This document shows positions 40,624 through 50,447 of a DNA stretch of 64,000 bases, in pieces; within the stretch, counting starts at the first letter, position 1, and the number at the start of each line of letters is the position of its first letter. Under the pieces are notes generated by a model that worked only from the letters and a program-made list of their open reading frames with translations, was not told the DNA's origin and did no database searches. Source of the DNA: Leptonemataceae bacterium (GTDB lineage Bacteria; Spirochaetota; Leptospiria; Leptospirales; Leptonemataceae); contig OZ245742.1 of the NCBI GenBank assembly GCA_965227295.1, forward strand, positions 3,872,001-3,936,000, read 5' to 3'. A program made the translations under genes and the position numbers.

Positions 40624-40718
40624 GGCGGTAGAGGCGGGGCGATGATCGGTTGCGTCAAGGGGATTTAACCACCGAGACACCGAGGCACGCAGGGAAGACC
40701 GGGTATGTTCGTCTCTTC

Positions 40719-40839
40719 GCGTTAGCGATTGGAGGGGTGGCCCGAAGGGCCAGTCTCAGACGCGCAGCGGCTGAGACCGCAGCGAAGCGGAGCCCCGGAA
40801 AGCGCGACCCGGAGCGCGAAGCGCGAAGGGGAACGCCCA
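40719..40839 (+). ncRNA. Flavo-1-like structured repeat, copy 7
   Basis: CTCTTC-GCGTTAGCGAT...GGAAAGCGCGACCC...GGGAACGCCCA; same subtype as copy 2. Confidence 0.6.
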
Positions 40840-40881
40840 AAAGAAAGACACTTCATATTTCTCAGGAGGATTATATTGTTC

Positions 40882-43800
40882 CTAATTTTCCCCATGATGC
40901 GCGTTGCCGATCAACCGTGCGTGGATCACGTAAAAAACCGGGATGATGATCAACACGCTCGTCGTGCCGACCAGCAGGCCCCAGGTCATCGCCATTACCA
41001 TGGGCGAAATGAACGGATGAAAGCCGCCGATGAAACCGTAGGCCGTGGGGATGAGCCCCGCCACCGTCGTGAACGTGGTCAGGGCGATGGGCCGCAGACG
41101 GGTGCGAGCGCCCTCGCGGACCGCTAATACAAACTCATCGTAACTCAGCGGGCGCAACCGGCCTTCGTCGTCCCGGCGCAGGCGGTTGATGTAATCCACC
41201 ATGATCAACGAGTCGTTTACGACGACGCCGGTGAAGCCCAGGATGCCGATCATGGCGAGCATGGACACCGGCATGGCGTGCAGCGGGAAGGCCAGGAGGA
41301 TGCCCACGAGTCCGAACGGAATCGCCAGGATCACCATGGCCGGCTGGGAGAACGAGTTGAACTGCACGACCAGCAGGAAGTACATGCACACCACGGCGAC
41401 CAGGATCGCGGCGATCATCTGGTTCTGGAAGCGCGCGCTTTCTTCGGCCTCGCCGCCGAAGTTGAGCTTGTATCCCGGGTGCTGTTTTTCGAAGCCGGCG
41501 AATTTCGCCTTAAGATTTGCGTAGACGCTGTTAATGTCTTTGTCGGCCGGGACGTTGCCGGTGAGTTTGTTCGATCGATACGAATTGTAATGAAAGTAGG
41601 CCAGGGGCGAGCGCACCCTGCTTTCGCGGACCAGATTTTCAATAGGGATCAGGTTGCCGGTGAAATTGCGGACGCGTAACTTGCGCAGTGGATCGGCGGC
41701 GCCTTCAGCGGTGTGGGCGTCGGCCAGCATTACGCGAAAGGCAATGCGTTCGTCGGGTGTTTGTAAGTGCGTGACGACGGTGCCGTCGAAGGCCGTACGG
41801 ATGTTGCTCGCAATTTGCGCGACGTGCAGCCCGGACTCGGCGATACGTTCGTAGTTCGGCAACAGCCGAATCTCCCGCTTGCCCTCGCGCATGTCACTGT
41901 TGATGTCGATGACGCCGGCGGCCTGCATTTCCGTGCGCAGGTTCTCGAGGATCCTGCGGCGTTCCGCGTCCTCCGGTCCCATGATCTGGATTTCGACGGG
42001 CTGACCGACGGGCGGCCCGCCGCCGTCGATGTAGAACGAAAGTGTGAACAGGTTCTCCGGATCGATCTTATGCACCTCGGCTTCGATCCAGTCGCGGACC
42101 CACTGCGCGGATTGATCGCGCTCACTGGCCGGGACCAATGTGACCTCCGTCATGAAACTCGACGACAGGAGGATTACCGAATCCGTCCCTGGATCGTACT
42201 CGTGGCCGACGAACGTTTTGTAGGTATGCAACATGCCGTCGGGAATACGATCCAGTACGCCTTCGATACGTTCGGTCAGGCGGTTCGTATAGTCGAGGTT
42301 GCTGCCGCGCGGGACCTGGCCCAGGATCCACATGCGATACGCGCGATCTTTCGGGAACATCTCGAACTCCGCGAACAGTGCACCGAAGACGCTGCCGAAT
42401 AACAGGAAGCCGAGGAACAACAGGCTCGTAAAGTAGGGCCGGGCGAGGCTGTAGTCCAGCACGCGCGTGTAGATCGCCTCCATCCTCACGAACAGACGCC
42501 GCCCGGGCGGTTCGTCGCCGCGGAGCCCCAGGCGTCTGCCGGCAGCACCGATCCACGCACGCAGCGGATCGCTAATGTAGTTTTTGCGAAACTCAGCGAT
42601 GAGCGACGTATTGACGCTGCGCCGGGTACTGCCTCCGTCGCCGGGATGCTCCGTGCCCAGGTGAGCCGGCAGGATCGTCGTGGCTTCGATGAACGACGCC
42701 ACGAGCATGATGATCACCACCGTGGGAATTTCCCGCGAAAAATCGCCGACGATGCCGGGAATGAAGTACATCGGCAGGAACGCGATGATGGTTGTGACGA
42801 TCGTACCCAGCACGGGCCGGACCACGTTCGCGAGGCCCGTCACGGCGGACTCCTGCATGGACAGGCCTTCTTCCTGTGCGCGATAGATGCTCTCCGCGAT
42901 GATGATGGCGTCGTCGACGATCATGCCCAGCACGACGATCACACCGACGAGGGAGATACTGTTGATGGTAATGCCCAGCCAGGGAAAGAGTACGATGGCG
43001 ATGGCAATGGACAGCGGGATGCCGGCCGCGGTCCAGAAGGCGATGCGGCGATCCAGAAACAAAAACAGAATCACCACGAGTAACGTGAGACCCAGGGCGG
43101 CGTTGCCGTACATGATGCCGAGCATATCGCGGGTTTCGATCGATGAGTCCCACGTCGATTCGAAGCGAATCTCCGGCGGCGCGATGCCGTCGCGATACTC
43201 GCCGATGACTGCCTTGATGCGATCCACGGCGTAGATCACGTCGTAGGCCCACTTCTTTGTGACGAAGAGCGAGACGCCCGGCCGTCCCTGATACTTCACA
43301 ATGTTGTAGCGCGGGGCGAAACCGTCCACCACGGTGCCCACGTCCCGGATGCGCACGCTGCCGCCGCCGATGCTGGAACGCACGATGATGTTGGCGACGT
43401 CTTCCGGCGTTTCAAACTCCGAGAACGTGACGATGCCCGTTTCCGTCGTGTAGGATTCCAGGTTGCCGCCGCTCACGCGCAGCTTGTTTAATCGAATCGC
43501 CTCGATGACCTCGTCGAAAGAAATGTAACGTGCGGCGAGTTTGTCCCGATCCAGCAGGATTTGAATCTCCCGATCGCGGATGCCCACCTCCTCGACACCC
43601 GAGACGAACGCCAGATCGAGCAGTTTTTTTCTTAACTGCCGTGCATGGAATCTTAAGAGTCGTTCTCCGGCGACGCTCATGTCGCCTTCCTGCGAAAGGG
43701 TGAGGGAGATCTCGTAGACCGGCTGGTAGTCGATCTTGATGTCGTTCACCGTCGGGCGTTCCTCGACTTCCTCGGGCAGGTCCGAGACCCGGTCCACCGC

Positions 43801-44142
43801 CGTGCGGATGTCGTTCTTCACGTCCTCGGGATCGTCGGCGTCCGGATCGATGTAGACCTGGATGAACGATACGTTCTCCGTGCTCCGCGAGATGTACTTT
43901 TCGATGCCGCTGACTTCTTTGAGGGCCTCTTCCAGTTTGACCGTGACGTTCAGCTCGACGTCCTCCGGCGAGGCCCCGGGGAAGATGGTGGTGATGTTGA
44001 CCTTGCCGAGGTCCACGCGCGGGTAGGCCTGGCGCTGGACGCGCAAGAGCGACGCCCCGGCAATCAGGACGATTAGCACGAGCACGAGGTTCGTCAACAG
44101 GGGGCGCAGAATCAGATAACGCGCGAGCCGGGTCACGAGCAA
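40882..44142 (-). CDS. RND efflux transporter permease (AcrB/CzcA family)
   Basis: FPGASPEDVE, GMIVDDAIII.E, GVVVNDS, RLRPI.LT. Confidence 0.93.
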   Translation of the reverse strand: MLVTRLARYLILRPLLTNLVLVLIVLIAGASLLRVQRQAYPRVDLGKVNITTIFPGASPEDVELNVTVKLEEALKEVSGIEKYISRSTENVSFIQVYIDPDADDPEDVKNDIRTAVDRVSDLPEEVEERPTVNDIKIDYQPVYEISLTLSQEGDMSVAGERLLRFHARQLRKKLLDLAFVSGVEEVGIRDREIQILLDRDKLAARYISFDEVIEAIRLNKLRVSGGNLESYTTETGIVTFSEFETPEDVANIIVRSSIGGGSVRIRDVGTVVDGFAPRYNIVKYQGRPGVSLFVTKKWAYDVIYAVDRIKAVIGEYRDGIAPPEIRFESTWDSSIETRDMLGIMYGNAALGLTLLVVILFLFLDRRIAFWTAAGIPLSIAIAIVLFPWLGITINSISLVGVIVVLGMIVDDAIIIAESIYRAQEEGLSMQESAVTGLANVVRPVLGTIVTTIIAFLPMYFIPGIVGDFSREIPTVVIIMLVASFIEATTILPAHLGTEHPGDGGSTRRSVNTSLIAEFRKNYISDPLRAWIGAAGRRLGLRGDEPPGRRLFVRMEAIYTRVLDYSLARPYFTSLLFLGFLLFGSVFGALFAEFEMFPKDRAYRMWILGQVPRGSNLDYTNRLTERIEGVLDRIPDGMLHTYKTFVGHEYDPGTDSVILLSSSFMTEVTLVPASERDQSAQWVRDWIEAEVHKIDPENLFTLSFYIDGGGPPVGQPVEIQIMGPEDAERRRILENLRTEMQAAGVIDINSDMREGKREIRLLPNYERIAESGLHVAQIASNIRTAFDGTVVTHLQTPDERIAFRVMLADAHTAEGAADPLRKLRVRNFTGNLIPIENLVRESRVRSPLAYFHYNSYRSNKLTGNVPADKDINSVYANLKAKFAGFEKQHPGYKLNFGGEAEESARFQNQMIAAILVAVVCMYFLLVVQFNSFSQPAMVILAIPFGLVGILLAFPLHAMPVSMLAMIGILGFTGVVVNDSLIMVDYINRLRRDDEGRLRPLSYDEFVLAVREGARTRLRPIALTTFTTVAGLIPTAYGFIGGFHPFISPMVMAMTWGLLVGTTSVLIIIPVFYVIHARLIGNAHHGEN

Positions 44143-44182
44143 AACGCTTTACAGAGACCCGGAAAAGGCAAGCACTATCCCC

Positions 44183-45133
44183 ATGTTCTTTCGGTACCGC
44201 CGCGGCTTGTTCCGGATTATCGTCGGCGCGCTGTTGCCCGCCGCGCTCAGTGCCCAGGATCTGGCTTCGATCCCGACGTTGCAATCGCGGGTTAGCGATA
44301 CGGTCAATTTGTTGAGCGACGAGGAGATCGAACGCATTGAAGCGTTGTCCGCGAGGCTGGAAGAACGTAAGGGTTCGCAGATCGCCGTGCTCACGGTGGC
44401 GTCGACGGAGCCCGAGAGCATCGAACAGTACGCCATTCGCGTGGCGGAACAATGGAAGATCGGCCGGGCCGGGGTGGACGACGGCATCATTCTCATCGTC
44501 GCGCATCGTGATCGCAAGGTTCGCATCGAAGTCGGTTACGGCCTGGAGGGAGCCGTGCCGGACGCCGCGGCGAAGCGGATCATCGAAGAAGATCTGGTGC
44601 CGAACTTTCGTTTTGATCGTTACGGCGCGGGCATCGAGGCGGCGGTGGAATCGCTCATCGAACGCATCGAGCCCGAGGCGCTACCGCCGCCGACGTTCGA
44701 AGAGCGCGCGGATGCCTTCCTGCTGGAGCAGCGCGGCTGGATCGACGAGTACTATCTGCCGTTCGTCTTCGTGGTGCTGGGCTTGTGTTTGGTCATCGCC
44801 CTCGCGCGGAACAGTTTCGTGCTCGGTTTGCTTCTGCCGGTTGGCCTGATCGCTCCGGCGGCGTTGCCCATCGCGTACTTTTTGCACGTGGAGTGGCTGG
44901 TCTTTACCGGCGTTTTTTTCATGGCCTATCTCACGGTGCTCCTGCTCATCTATGGCAACATGAACTCCAGTGGCCGCGGCGGTTCCCGAAGTTCCAGCGG
45001 CTATCGTTCGTCCGGTTACTCGTCGTCCTCGTATAGCAGTAATCGCAGTTACAGTAGTTCGAGTTCTTCGTCGTCTTCGTGGAGCGGGGGCGGCGGTTCC
45101 TTCGGCGGCGGTGGGGCCAGCGGGAGTTGGTAA
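44183..45133 (+). CDS. TPM domain (YgcG-like) membrane protein
   Basis: GSQIAVLTV, WKIGRAGVDDG, RIEVGYGLEG, C-terminal GGGGSFGGGGASGSW. Confidence 0.92.
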   Translation: MFFRYRRGLFRIIVGALLPAALSAQDLASIPTLQSRVSDTVNLLSDEEIERIEALSARLEERKGSQIAVLTVASTEPESIEQYAIRVAEQWKIGRAGVDDGIILIVAHRDRKVRIEVGYGLEGAVPDAAAKRIIEEDLVPNFRFDRYGAGIEAAVESLIERIEPEALPPPTFEERADAFLLEQRGWIDEYYLPFVFVVLGLCLVIALARNSFVLGLLLPVGLIAPAALPIAYFLHVEWLVFTGVFFMAYLTVLLLIYGNMNSSGRGGSRSSSGYRSSGYSSSSYSSNRSYSSSSSSSSSWSGGGGSFGGGGASGSW

Positions 45134-45182
45134 TCGTAACCTTCCCTGGAACGTTTCACATCGGAGCACGTCGAATCACACT

Positions 45183-45485
45183 ATGAGCAACATCGAAAAC
45201 CTGGTCGGCCTGGAAGTTACGGACGAGGCCGCTTATCAAAAGTATCGCGAAGGCATGTTGCCGATTCTCGCGCGTTACGGCGGCGGCTTTCGCTACGACT
45301 TTCGCATTGCAGAAACGCTGAAGTCCGAAGTCGACGCGAAGATCAACCGATTGTTCATGATCCACTTTCCTGATCGTGCATCGAAGGACGGCTTCTTCGG
45401 TGACGCGGAGTACCTGGCGGTGCGCCGCGAATTCTTCGAGCCGGCGGTGGCGGCGGTGACGATTCTGGCCGAGTACGAGCGCTAG
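45183..45485 (+). CDS. DUF1330-family protein
   Basis: V.DE.AYQKYR...P.L.RYGGGF, NRLF.I.FP, FF.D.EY. Confidence 0.8.
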   Translation: MSNIENLVGLEVTDEAAYQKYREGMLPILARYGGGFRYDFRIAETLKSEVDAKINRLFMIHFPDRASKDGFFGDAEYLAVRREFFEPAVAAVTILAEYER

Positions 45486-45494
45486 CCTTTTGCG

Positions 45495-46352
45495 ATGAGA
45501 ACCTATTCGCTGCACAGCGGGCTACGCTGGTTCGCTTTTATTCTTCTGGAGATTGGCGTCATGTGCGGCGTCATCATTGGCGCAGGTACGTTTTCGGAAC
45601 CGCTTCGTTATCTCTTCGGCGGATTCATCGTGTTGCTGGCGGTAGGTGCGGTCCAGGCCTGGAGGTCTGGTTGCAAGATCGTCGAGTTGTCGAACGGGCA
45701 GGGCGATCGGCCGCTACTCGTACTAACCATGCCCGGCAAGCGAGTTGAGCTTGATCTGCGAAGCGCCCGCATAGAGCGTACTATGATACCTCTGCATTTG
45801 AAGCTAGCAGCCGAAAACCGAAAGACGGTGGTTCGGCTGCCCTATCAAGGTAGGGAATATGTGGATTGCGAGGCACGCCTGGCTCAATTGGCCCCGCACT
45901 TGTGCGAAATACAGTTGCCGCTGTTCCTGGAACGAAGCTGGCAGCGGGAGGTCTGTATGACTGTTTTGCTGGCGATTTGCATGTTGGCTCTGGGGTTTTC
46001 CATCGATGTCGCCGGGATGTATTGGTGGATCATCACATCGCTTGTCATGGTCGGTTCCGCCAGCGTTGTTGGTGTCTTCTTTTTATTTCGAGGCGTCGAG
46101 TTCACGACGAATCGTATCAGCCTTCTTTACGGCCTTCGGAAGCGAGAGGCGGTACCCGTGAAGCAACTGCTCGGCCTGCGGATGGCGCGGATATCGAGAT
46201 TAAGGCAACTCCAAATTCTCATTCGCGGTCACGATCCAGTGTCGTTACCGGCAGATTTGCCTTTGCCCCGCGGCCTCTCGCCCGGACTCTTCGGCCGGGG
46301 AATTGCTCGACTCTACAACGTCCCTTTTAAGGATCGAAATGAGTCTGAATGA
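45495..46352 (+). CDS. Hypothetical membrane protein (paralog 1)
   Basis: Two modules of 2 TM + soluble domain. Confidence 0.7.
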   Translation: MRTYSLHSGLRWFAFILLEIGVMCGVIIGAGTFSEPLRYLFGGFIVLLAVGAVQAWRSGCKIVELSNGQGDRPLLVLTMPGKRVELDLRSARIERTMIPLHLKLAAENRKTVVRLPYQGREYVDCEARLAQLAPHLCEIQLPLFLERSWQREVCMTVLLAICMLALGFSIDVAGMYWWIITSLVMVGSASVVGVFFLFRGVEFTTNRISLLYGLRKREAVPVKQLLGLRMARISRLRQLQILIRGHDPVSLPADLPLPRGLSPGLFGRGIARLYNVPFKDRNESE

Positions 46353-47343
46353 TTCATCAGGTCCGCCCGTGCCCACAGCGATTCGCTACTCTCTCTCCGG
46401 CCCGCCGACCATTGCCGGCATCATCATCCTCGGCGGCGGTGTGTTGATCACGCTCATCCTGTTGCCGGTCATGATTCTGGAAAGTCGCCCGCTGAACGCT
46501 TGGCTCGCGCTGATCCCGGCGCTTGCGCCCCTGTATATCGGCGGGCTGTGGACGCTCCGCATCGGCCTGAAAGCAGTCACACTAACCGGCACACATATCA
46601 TCTTAACGATGCCCCTGCGAACCGTGCGCAGCATCGCCTACGAGGCCGCGACGGTTTCGCCGGGGAACAGTTTTCTCGCGCGCATTCACCTGGAAATCCG
46701 CGGCCCGGACTCAACCACCGGTTGTGCCACGGTGATCCGCATCCCCATCAACGTACAAACGTATCCGGACCTCGAAGCCGAGCTGATCCGTCGCGCGCCG
46801 CAGTTAATGCACACGGCCATGCAGCGCAACGAACGCGATCCGAACGCGCCCATCGTCGGCAGCCGGCGCCTGGAGTTCAGTATCCTGATCGGCGGCGGCA
46901 CGGCCCTCGGTCTTGCGTTTTATGTTTTGATCTGGGTGTCGTCGCTGTTCGGGCGCAAGCCCATGGAGACCGACGACTGGATCGTGGGCATTCTGTTTAC
47001 GCTTCTTGGCCTGGCCGTGATGGCCGGCGGGATCTATTACGCATGCCGCGGCCTCACGTACATTAAGTTTACTCAAAATGATGTTACGGGCAAGAGTCTC
47101 CTGCGTGAACTCTGGCGCCGCCCCGCCGGGCGCCTGGAAGAAATCGAAATCCAGCGCATTCGCAAAACCGTCAAGGGCATGGAGTATTTCGAGGATCACA
47201 TTTTCCTGCACTTCGCGGGGGCGGGCCCTTCCATTGAAGTGCAGCAGTTGCTCGCCATGCGTACGGGCTACCGGCCGCGGGACCTGGCGGCAGTGCTCGC
47301 GGGGATGTATGCTGTACCGTTACGGGAAAACGCATCCCAATGA
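46339..47343 (+). CDS. Hypothetical membrane protein (paralog 2)
   Basis: Same architecture as the upstream gene with shared motifs; ATG 46339. Confidence 0.7.
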   Translation: MSLNDSSGPPVPTAIRYSLSGPPTIAGIIILGGGVLITLILLPVMILESRPLNAWLALIPALAPLYIGGLWTLRIGLKAVTLTGTHIILTMPLRTVRSIAYEAATVSPGNSFLARIHLEIRGPDSTTGCATVIRIPINVQTYPDLEAELIRRAPQLMHTAMQRNERDPNAPIVGSRRLEFSILIGGGTALGLAFYVLIWVSSLFGRKPMETDDWIVGILFTLLGLAVMAGGIYYACRGLTYIKFTQNDVTGKSLLRELWRRPAGRLEEIEIQRIRKTVKGMEYFEDHIFLHFAGAGPSIEVQQLLAMRTGYRPRDLAAVLAGMYAVPLRENASQ

Positions 47344-47349
47344 AAAACC

Positions 47350-48678
47350 TTGACCGTGATAGACATGCTCCCGTCTGATCACCACATGCGCGCTTATCTC
47401 GCAGATTTGATTGCCGGTGCTTTTGTCTTTCTGTTCGTCTTCGGCGTACATTTTCACAGCTCTAATTCCGACGCCTACTCCGATCCGGTCTGGGCGACCT
47501 GGACCGGGGTCAGTCTGCTGAAAGAAGGCGATGCGGACCTCGATGAGTACGCCGCCTTTGTCCATAAAGTCAACTACGCAACGGTTACAATCGACGGCCG
47601 CCTGTACTACGAGTTTCCCATCGGCTCGTCCCTGGTGGCGATGCCGTTTCTATTCATCGTCGATCATTTGCCCGACCGTTATCTGTTCTTTACGTTGCGC
47701 GGTTATACGAATCGAGATCCCCATCAACTCGTGCACGCCTTTGCGGCCGGCGGCGTCGTGGCCCTGGCGATGCTCGTTGCCTATGCGCTTGCCCGAATTC
47801 ACACGAGTATTCCGGGGGCCGCATGTTTCGCGATGGTCTTTGCTTTCGGAACGAGTCTCTGGTCCACGGCAAGCCTGGCCTTGTGGCAGCACGGTCCATC
47901 GGTCTGCATGCTCTTGCTGACCGTCTATTGTCTGGCAAAGGCGCGGGAGAATCCGCGGTGGGTCTGGCTCGCCGGGGTCCCGCTGGCAATGGCGTTCGTG
48001 GTCCGCCCGCTGAACGCGATTCCCGTCGTCGTGTTGAGCGCGTACGTTTGCGTTGCGCATCTGCGCCGGTTGCCCGGATTTCTGGGCGGCGCCGGGCTCG
48101 TGGCCTTGCCGTTTCTGGCATACAACTGGAGTCTGTACGGCTGGATCTTTTCGCCGTACTACGCGGCGAATCGCATCGCCGGTGCACAGTCGCAGTACTG
48201 GGAGGCGGTGGCCGCGAACCTGGTCAGCCCGGCGCGGGGTCTGCTCGTGTACTCGCCGTTTCTCGTGCTGGTTCCGTGGGGCATGTTCCGCATGTTTCAT
48301 CGCGGGGAACGACCCGCGTTGCTCCTGAGCGTGGCCCTGATTCCTGTGATCCATCTATTCGTACTTTCAAATTTTTCGCATTGGTGGTTGGGCCTGTCCT
48401 ACGGTCCCCGAGGCATGATCGACGTGCTGCCGTTCTTGATGTTCCTGATGTTGCCGTTCTTTGTGCGGGATTTCTGGATGTCGTTACGCCGCGCGGTCAG
48501 AGTGTTGCTCGCCGTGTTTCTGGGAATTTGTATCTTGTGGTCCGGATTCGTTCACTATCGCGGCGCAAACGAACGCGGGCCGAAGGACTGGGGCTTTCAG
48601 CCGCTTTCGATCGACGACGACAGCAGCCGCGTGTGGGATTGGAAGGACCCGCAGTTCTGGCGTGGGCTGGGGGACTGA
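47350..48678 (+). CDS. Polytopic membrane protein, putative GT-C glycosyltransferase
   Basis: Many TMs; S.L.EGD.DLDEY, LWQH, SPARGLLVYSP, WW.G.SYGPR. Confidence 0.65.
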   Translation: MTVIDMLPSDHHMRAYLADLIAGAFVFLFVFGVHFHSSNSDAYSDPVWATWTGVSLLKEGDADLDEYAAFVHKVNYATVTIDGRLYYEFPIGSSLVAMPFLFIVDHLPDRYLFFTLRGYTNRDPHQLVHAFAAGGVVALAMLVAYALARIHTSIPGAACFAMVFAFGTSLWSTASLALWQHGPSVCMLLLTVYCLAKARENPRWVWLAGVPLAMAFVVRPLNAIPVVVLSAYVCVAHLRRLPGFLGGAGLVALPFLAYNWSLYGWIFSPYYAANRIAGAQSQYWEAVAANLVSPARGLLVYSPFLVLVPWGMFRMFHRGERPALLLSVALIPVIHLFVLSNFSHWWLGLSYGPRGMIDVLPFLMFLMLPFFVRDFWMSLRRAVRVLLAVFLGICILWSGFVHYRGANERGPKDWGFQPLSIDDDSSRVWDWKDPQFWRGLGD

Positions 48679-48710
48679 GCCACGCCTTTTTCCGGCCTAC
48701 GCCGTGCGAC

Positions 48711-50360
48711 TCAAATCACCACACCCGGCCGTTCGCCGGTAGGATCGCCGTCGCGTAGCGCGGTCACACCGTTGACGATCACGTGCGCAATGCCTTCCGG
48801 ATACTGCGCCTTCAGGTACGTCGCCCGATCCTGCACGCGCAGCGGATCGAAGACCACCACGTCCGCGGCGTAGTTCAGCGCGATGCGTCCGCGGATCTCG
48901 TCGATACCCAGAATTTCCGCGGGGAGCGAAGTCATTTTGCGGATCGCCTCCTCCATCGAAATTACGCCTTTGTCGCGCACGTACTCGCCGAGCACCTTCG
49001 GGAACGAACCGAAGTTGCGCGGATGGGCCGCGCCGCTTCCGGTGGTGAGGGCGGCGCCGTCCGAAGCAATGGCGCAGTGCGGATAGCGCAGGAGCTTCCT
49101 GAGATTTTCCTCGGACATGCCGAAGCCCACCATGGTGGCGTTGCCGCCGCTCTGGATCAAGATGTCGCAGAGCAGGTCGTACGGGTCCCGCCCCAGGCGG
49201 GCGGCGGCCGCGTCCAGGCGCCGACCGCTCAGCCCGGAATAGGCGCCGCTAATATACGATAGCATTACCTTATCGTAACCACCGAGCGACGTAACCTTGC
49301 GTTCCACGTCCGCGCGAATCGCGGCGCGTTCACCGGAGTTGCGCAGGCGCGCGAGAAAGTCCGCCCCGTCGCCCTGGCGTGCGGCGATGGGAAACAGATT
49401 CGCGAGGCCGTTGTTGTAAGCGATATAGGGATAACGATCGCACGTCGCCCGGCGGCGCAGCCCGCGAGCGGAGTCCAGGCGATCCAGCATGGCGTCCAGT
49501 TTGTTCCAGTTACGCGTTCCCTGGGCCTTAATGTGACTCACGTGTAAGTTAGCACCGGCCCGGCGCGCAATGTCGATGGCCTCGTCCAGGGCCTCCAGGA
49601 CGTGATCGTCCTCGTTGCGCAGATGCGTAACGTACGTGCCGGCTTCCCGGGCGTAGGCGATGAGTTCGCGTTTCGTGGCATAGGCGCCCGGCAGGTACTC
49701 GAGGCCGCTGGAAACGAAACGCCCGCCGCCGCGCATCGCAACCCGCAGGGTTTTTACGGCCTCGCGCAGTTCCCACTCCGTGAGCGCCCGCGCATCGTCC
49801 AGAGCGACGTACTGGCGCAACGCCGACGCGCCGATCATACTCACAACGTTGACGGCCACCTCTTTACGACGGAGGGCGCGATGGTAGCCCGGGAAGTCCC
49901 ACCACACGTCTTCCTCCGGCACGCCGGAGTTCTTGAGATACTGCCGCCATTCTTTGCCGCGGACCCAGAGGATCGGGGCCGGCGAGCGTCCGTCCTGACC
50001 GACGACTTCCGTCGTAACGCCCTGACGAATCTTCGACTCCGCCAGGGGATTCCAGAAGAGCGTGTAGTCGCTGTGGGAGTGCAGATCGATGAAACCGGGC
50101 GCCACGGCCAGGCCGCGCGCTTCGACTTCCTCGGTGCCGGTTTTATTCTGAAGATTGCCGATGGCCGCGATGCGCCCGCGGGAGATGCCGACGTCGCTCA
50201 CGAAACCTTCGGCTCCCGTGCCGTCATAGACCGTACCGCCGCGGATGAGCACGTCGAAGTCTCCGCGAAAGAAGGTGCGGCGTCCGAGGGCACAGCTGTT
50301 GGCCAGCGCTGCCGCGCCCGCGAGTCCGGCGGCTTTTTGTAGGAACTCCTTACGATTCAC
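48711..50360 (-). CDS. N-acyl-D-amino-acid deacylase (amidohydrolase), Tat/lipoprotein leader
   Basis: PGFIDLHSHSD, QGVTTEVVG.DG, HLRNE, HPRNFGSF. Confidence 0.9.
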   Translation of the reverse strand: MNRKEFLQKAAGLAGAAALANSCALGRRTFFRGDFDVLIRGGTVYDGTGAEGFVSDVGISRGRIAAIGNLQNKTGTEEVEARGLAVAPGFIDLHSHSDYTLFWNPLAESKIRQGVTTEVVGQDGRSPAPILWVRGKEWRQYLKNSGVPEEDVWWDFPGYHRALRRKEVAVNVVSMIGASALRQYVALDDARALTEWELREAVKTLRVAMRGGGRFVSSGLEYLPGAYATKRELIAYAREAGTYVTHLRNEDDHVLEALDEAIDIARRAGANLHVSHIKAQGTRNWNKLDAMLDRLDSARGLRRRATCDRYPYIAYNNGLANLFPIAARQGDGADFLARLRNSGERAAIRADVERKVTSLGGYDKVMLSYISGAYSGLSGRRLDAAAARLGRDPYDLLCDILIQSGGNATMVGFGMSEENLRKLLRYPHCAIASDGAALTTGSGAAHPRNFGSFPKVLGEYVRDKGVISMEEAIRKMTSLPAEILGIDEIRGRIALNYAADVVVFDPLRVQDRATYLKAQYPEGIAHVIVNGVTALRDGDPTGERPGVVI

Positions 50361-50447
50361 AGGGCTGTTGCATCCTTCCGGACGGCCGTGGCGTAAAGCC
50401 CGAAAAACTCTGTTGACCCGCGGCCCGCGCCGAAACCCCTGAACGGC

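Noticed and set aside
44960..45133. Ser/Gly-rich low-complexity repeat
   Set aside because: This is the normal C-terminal tail of TPM-domain proteins.
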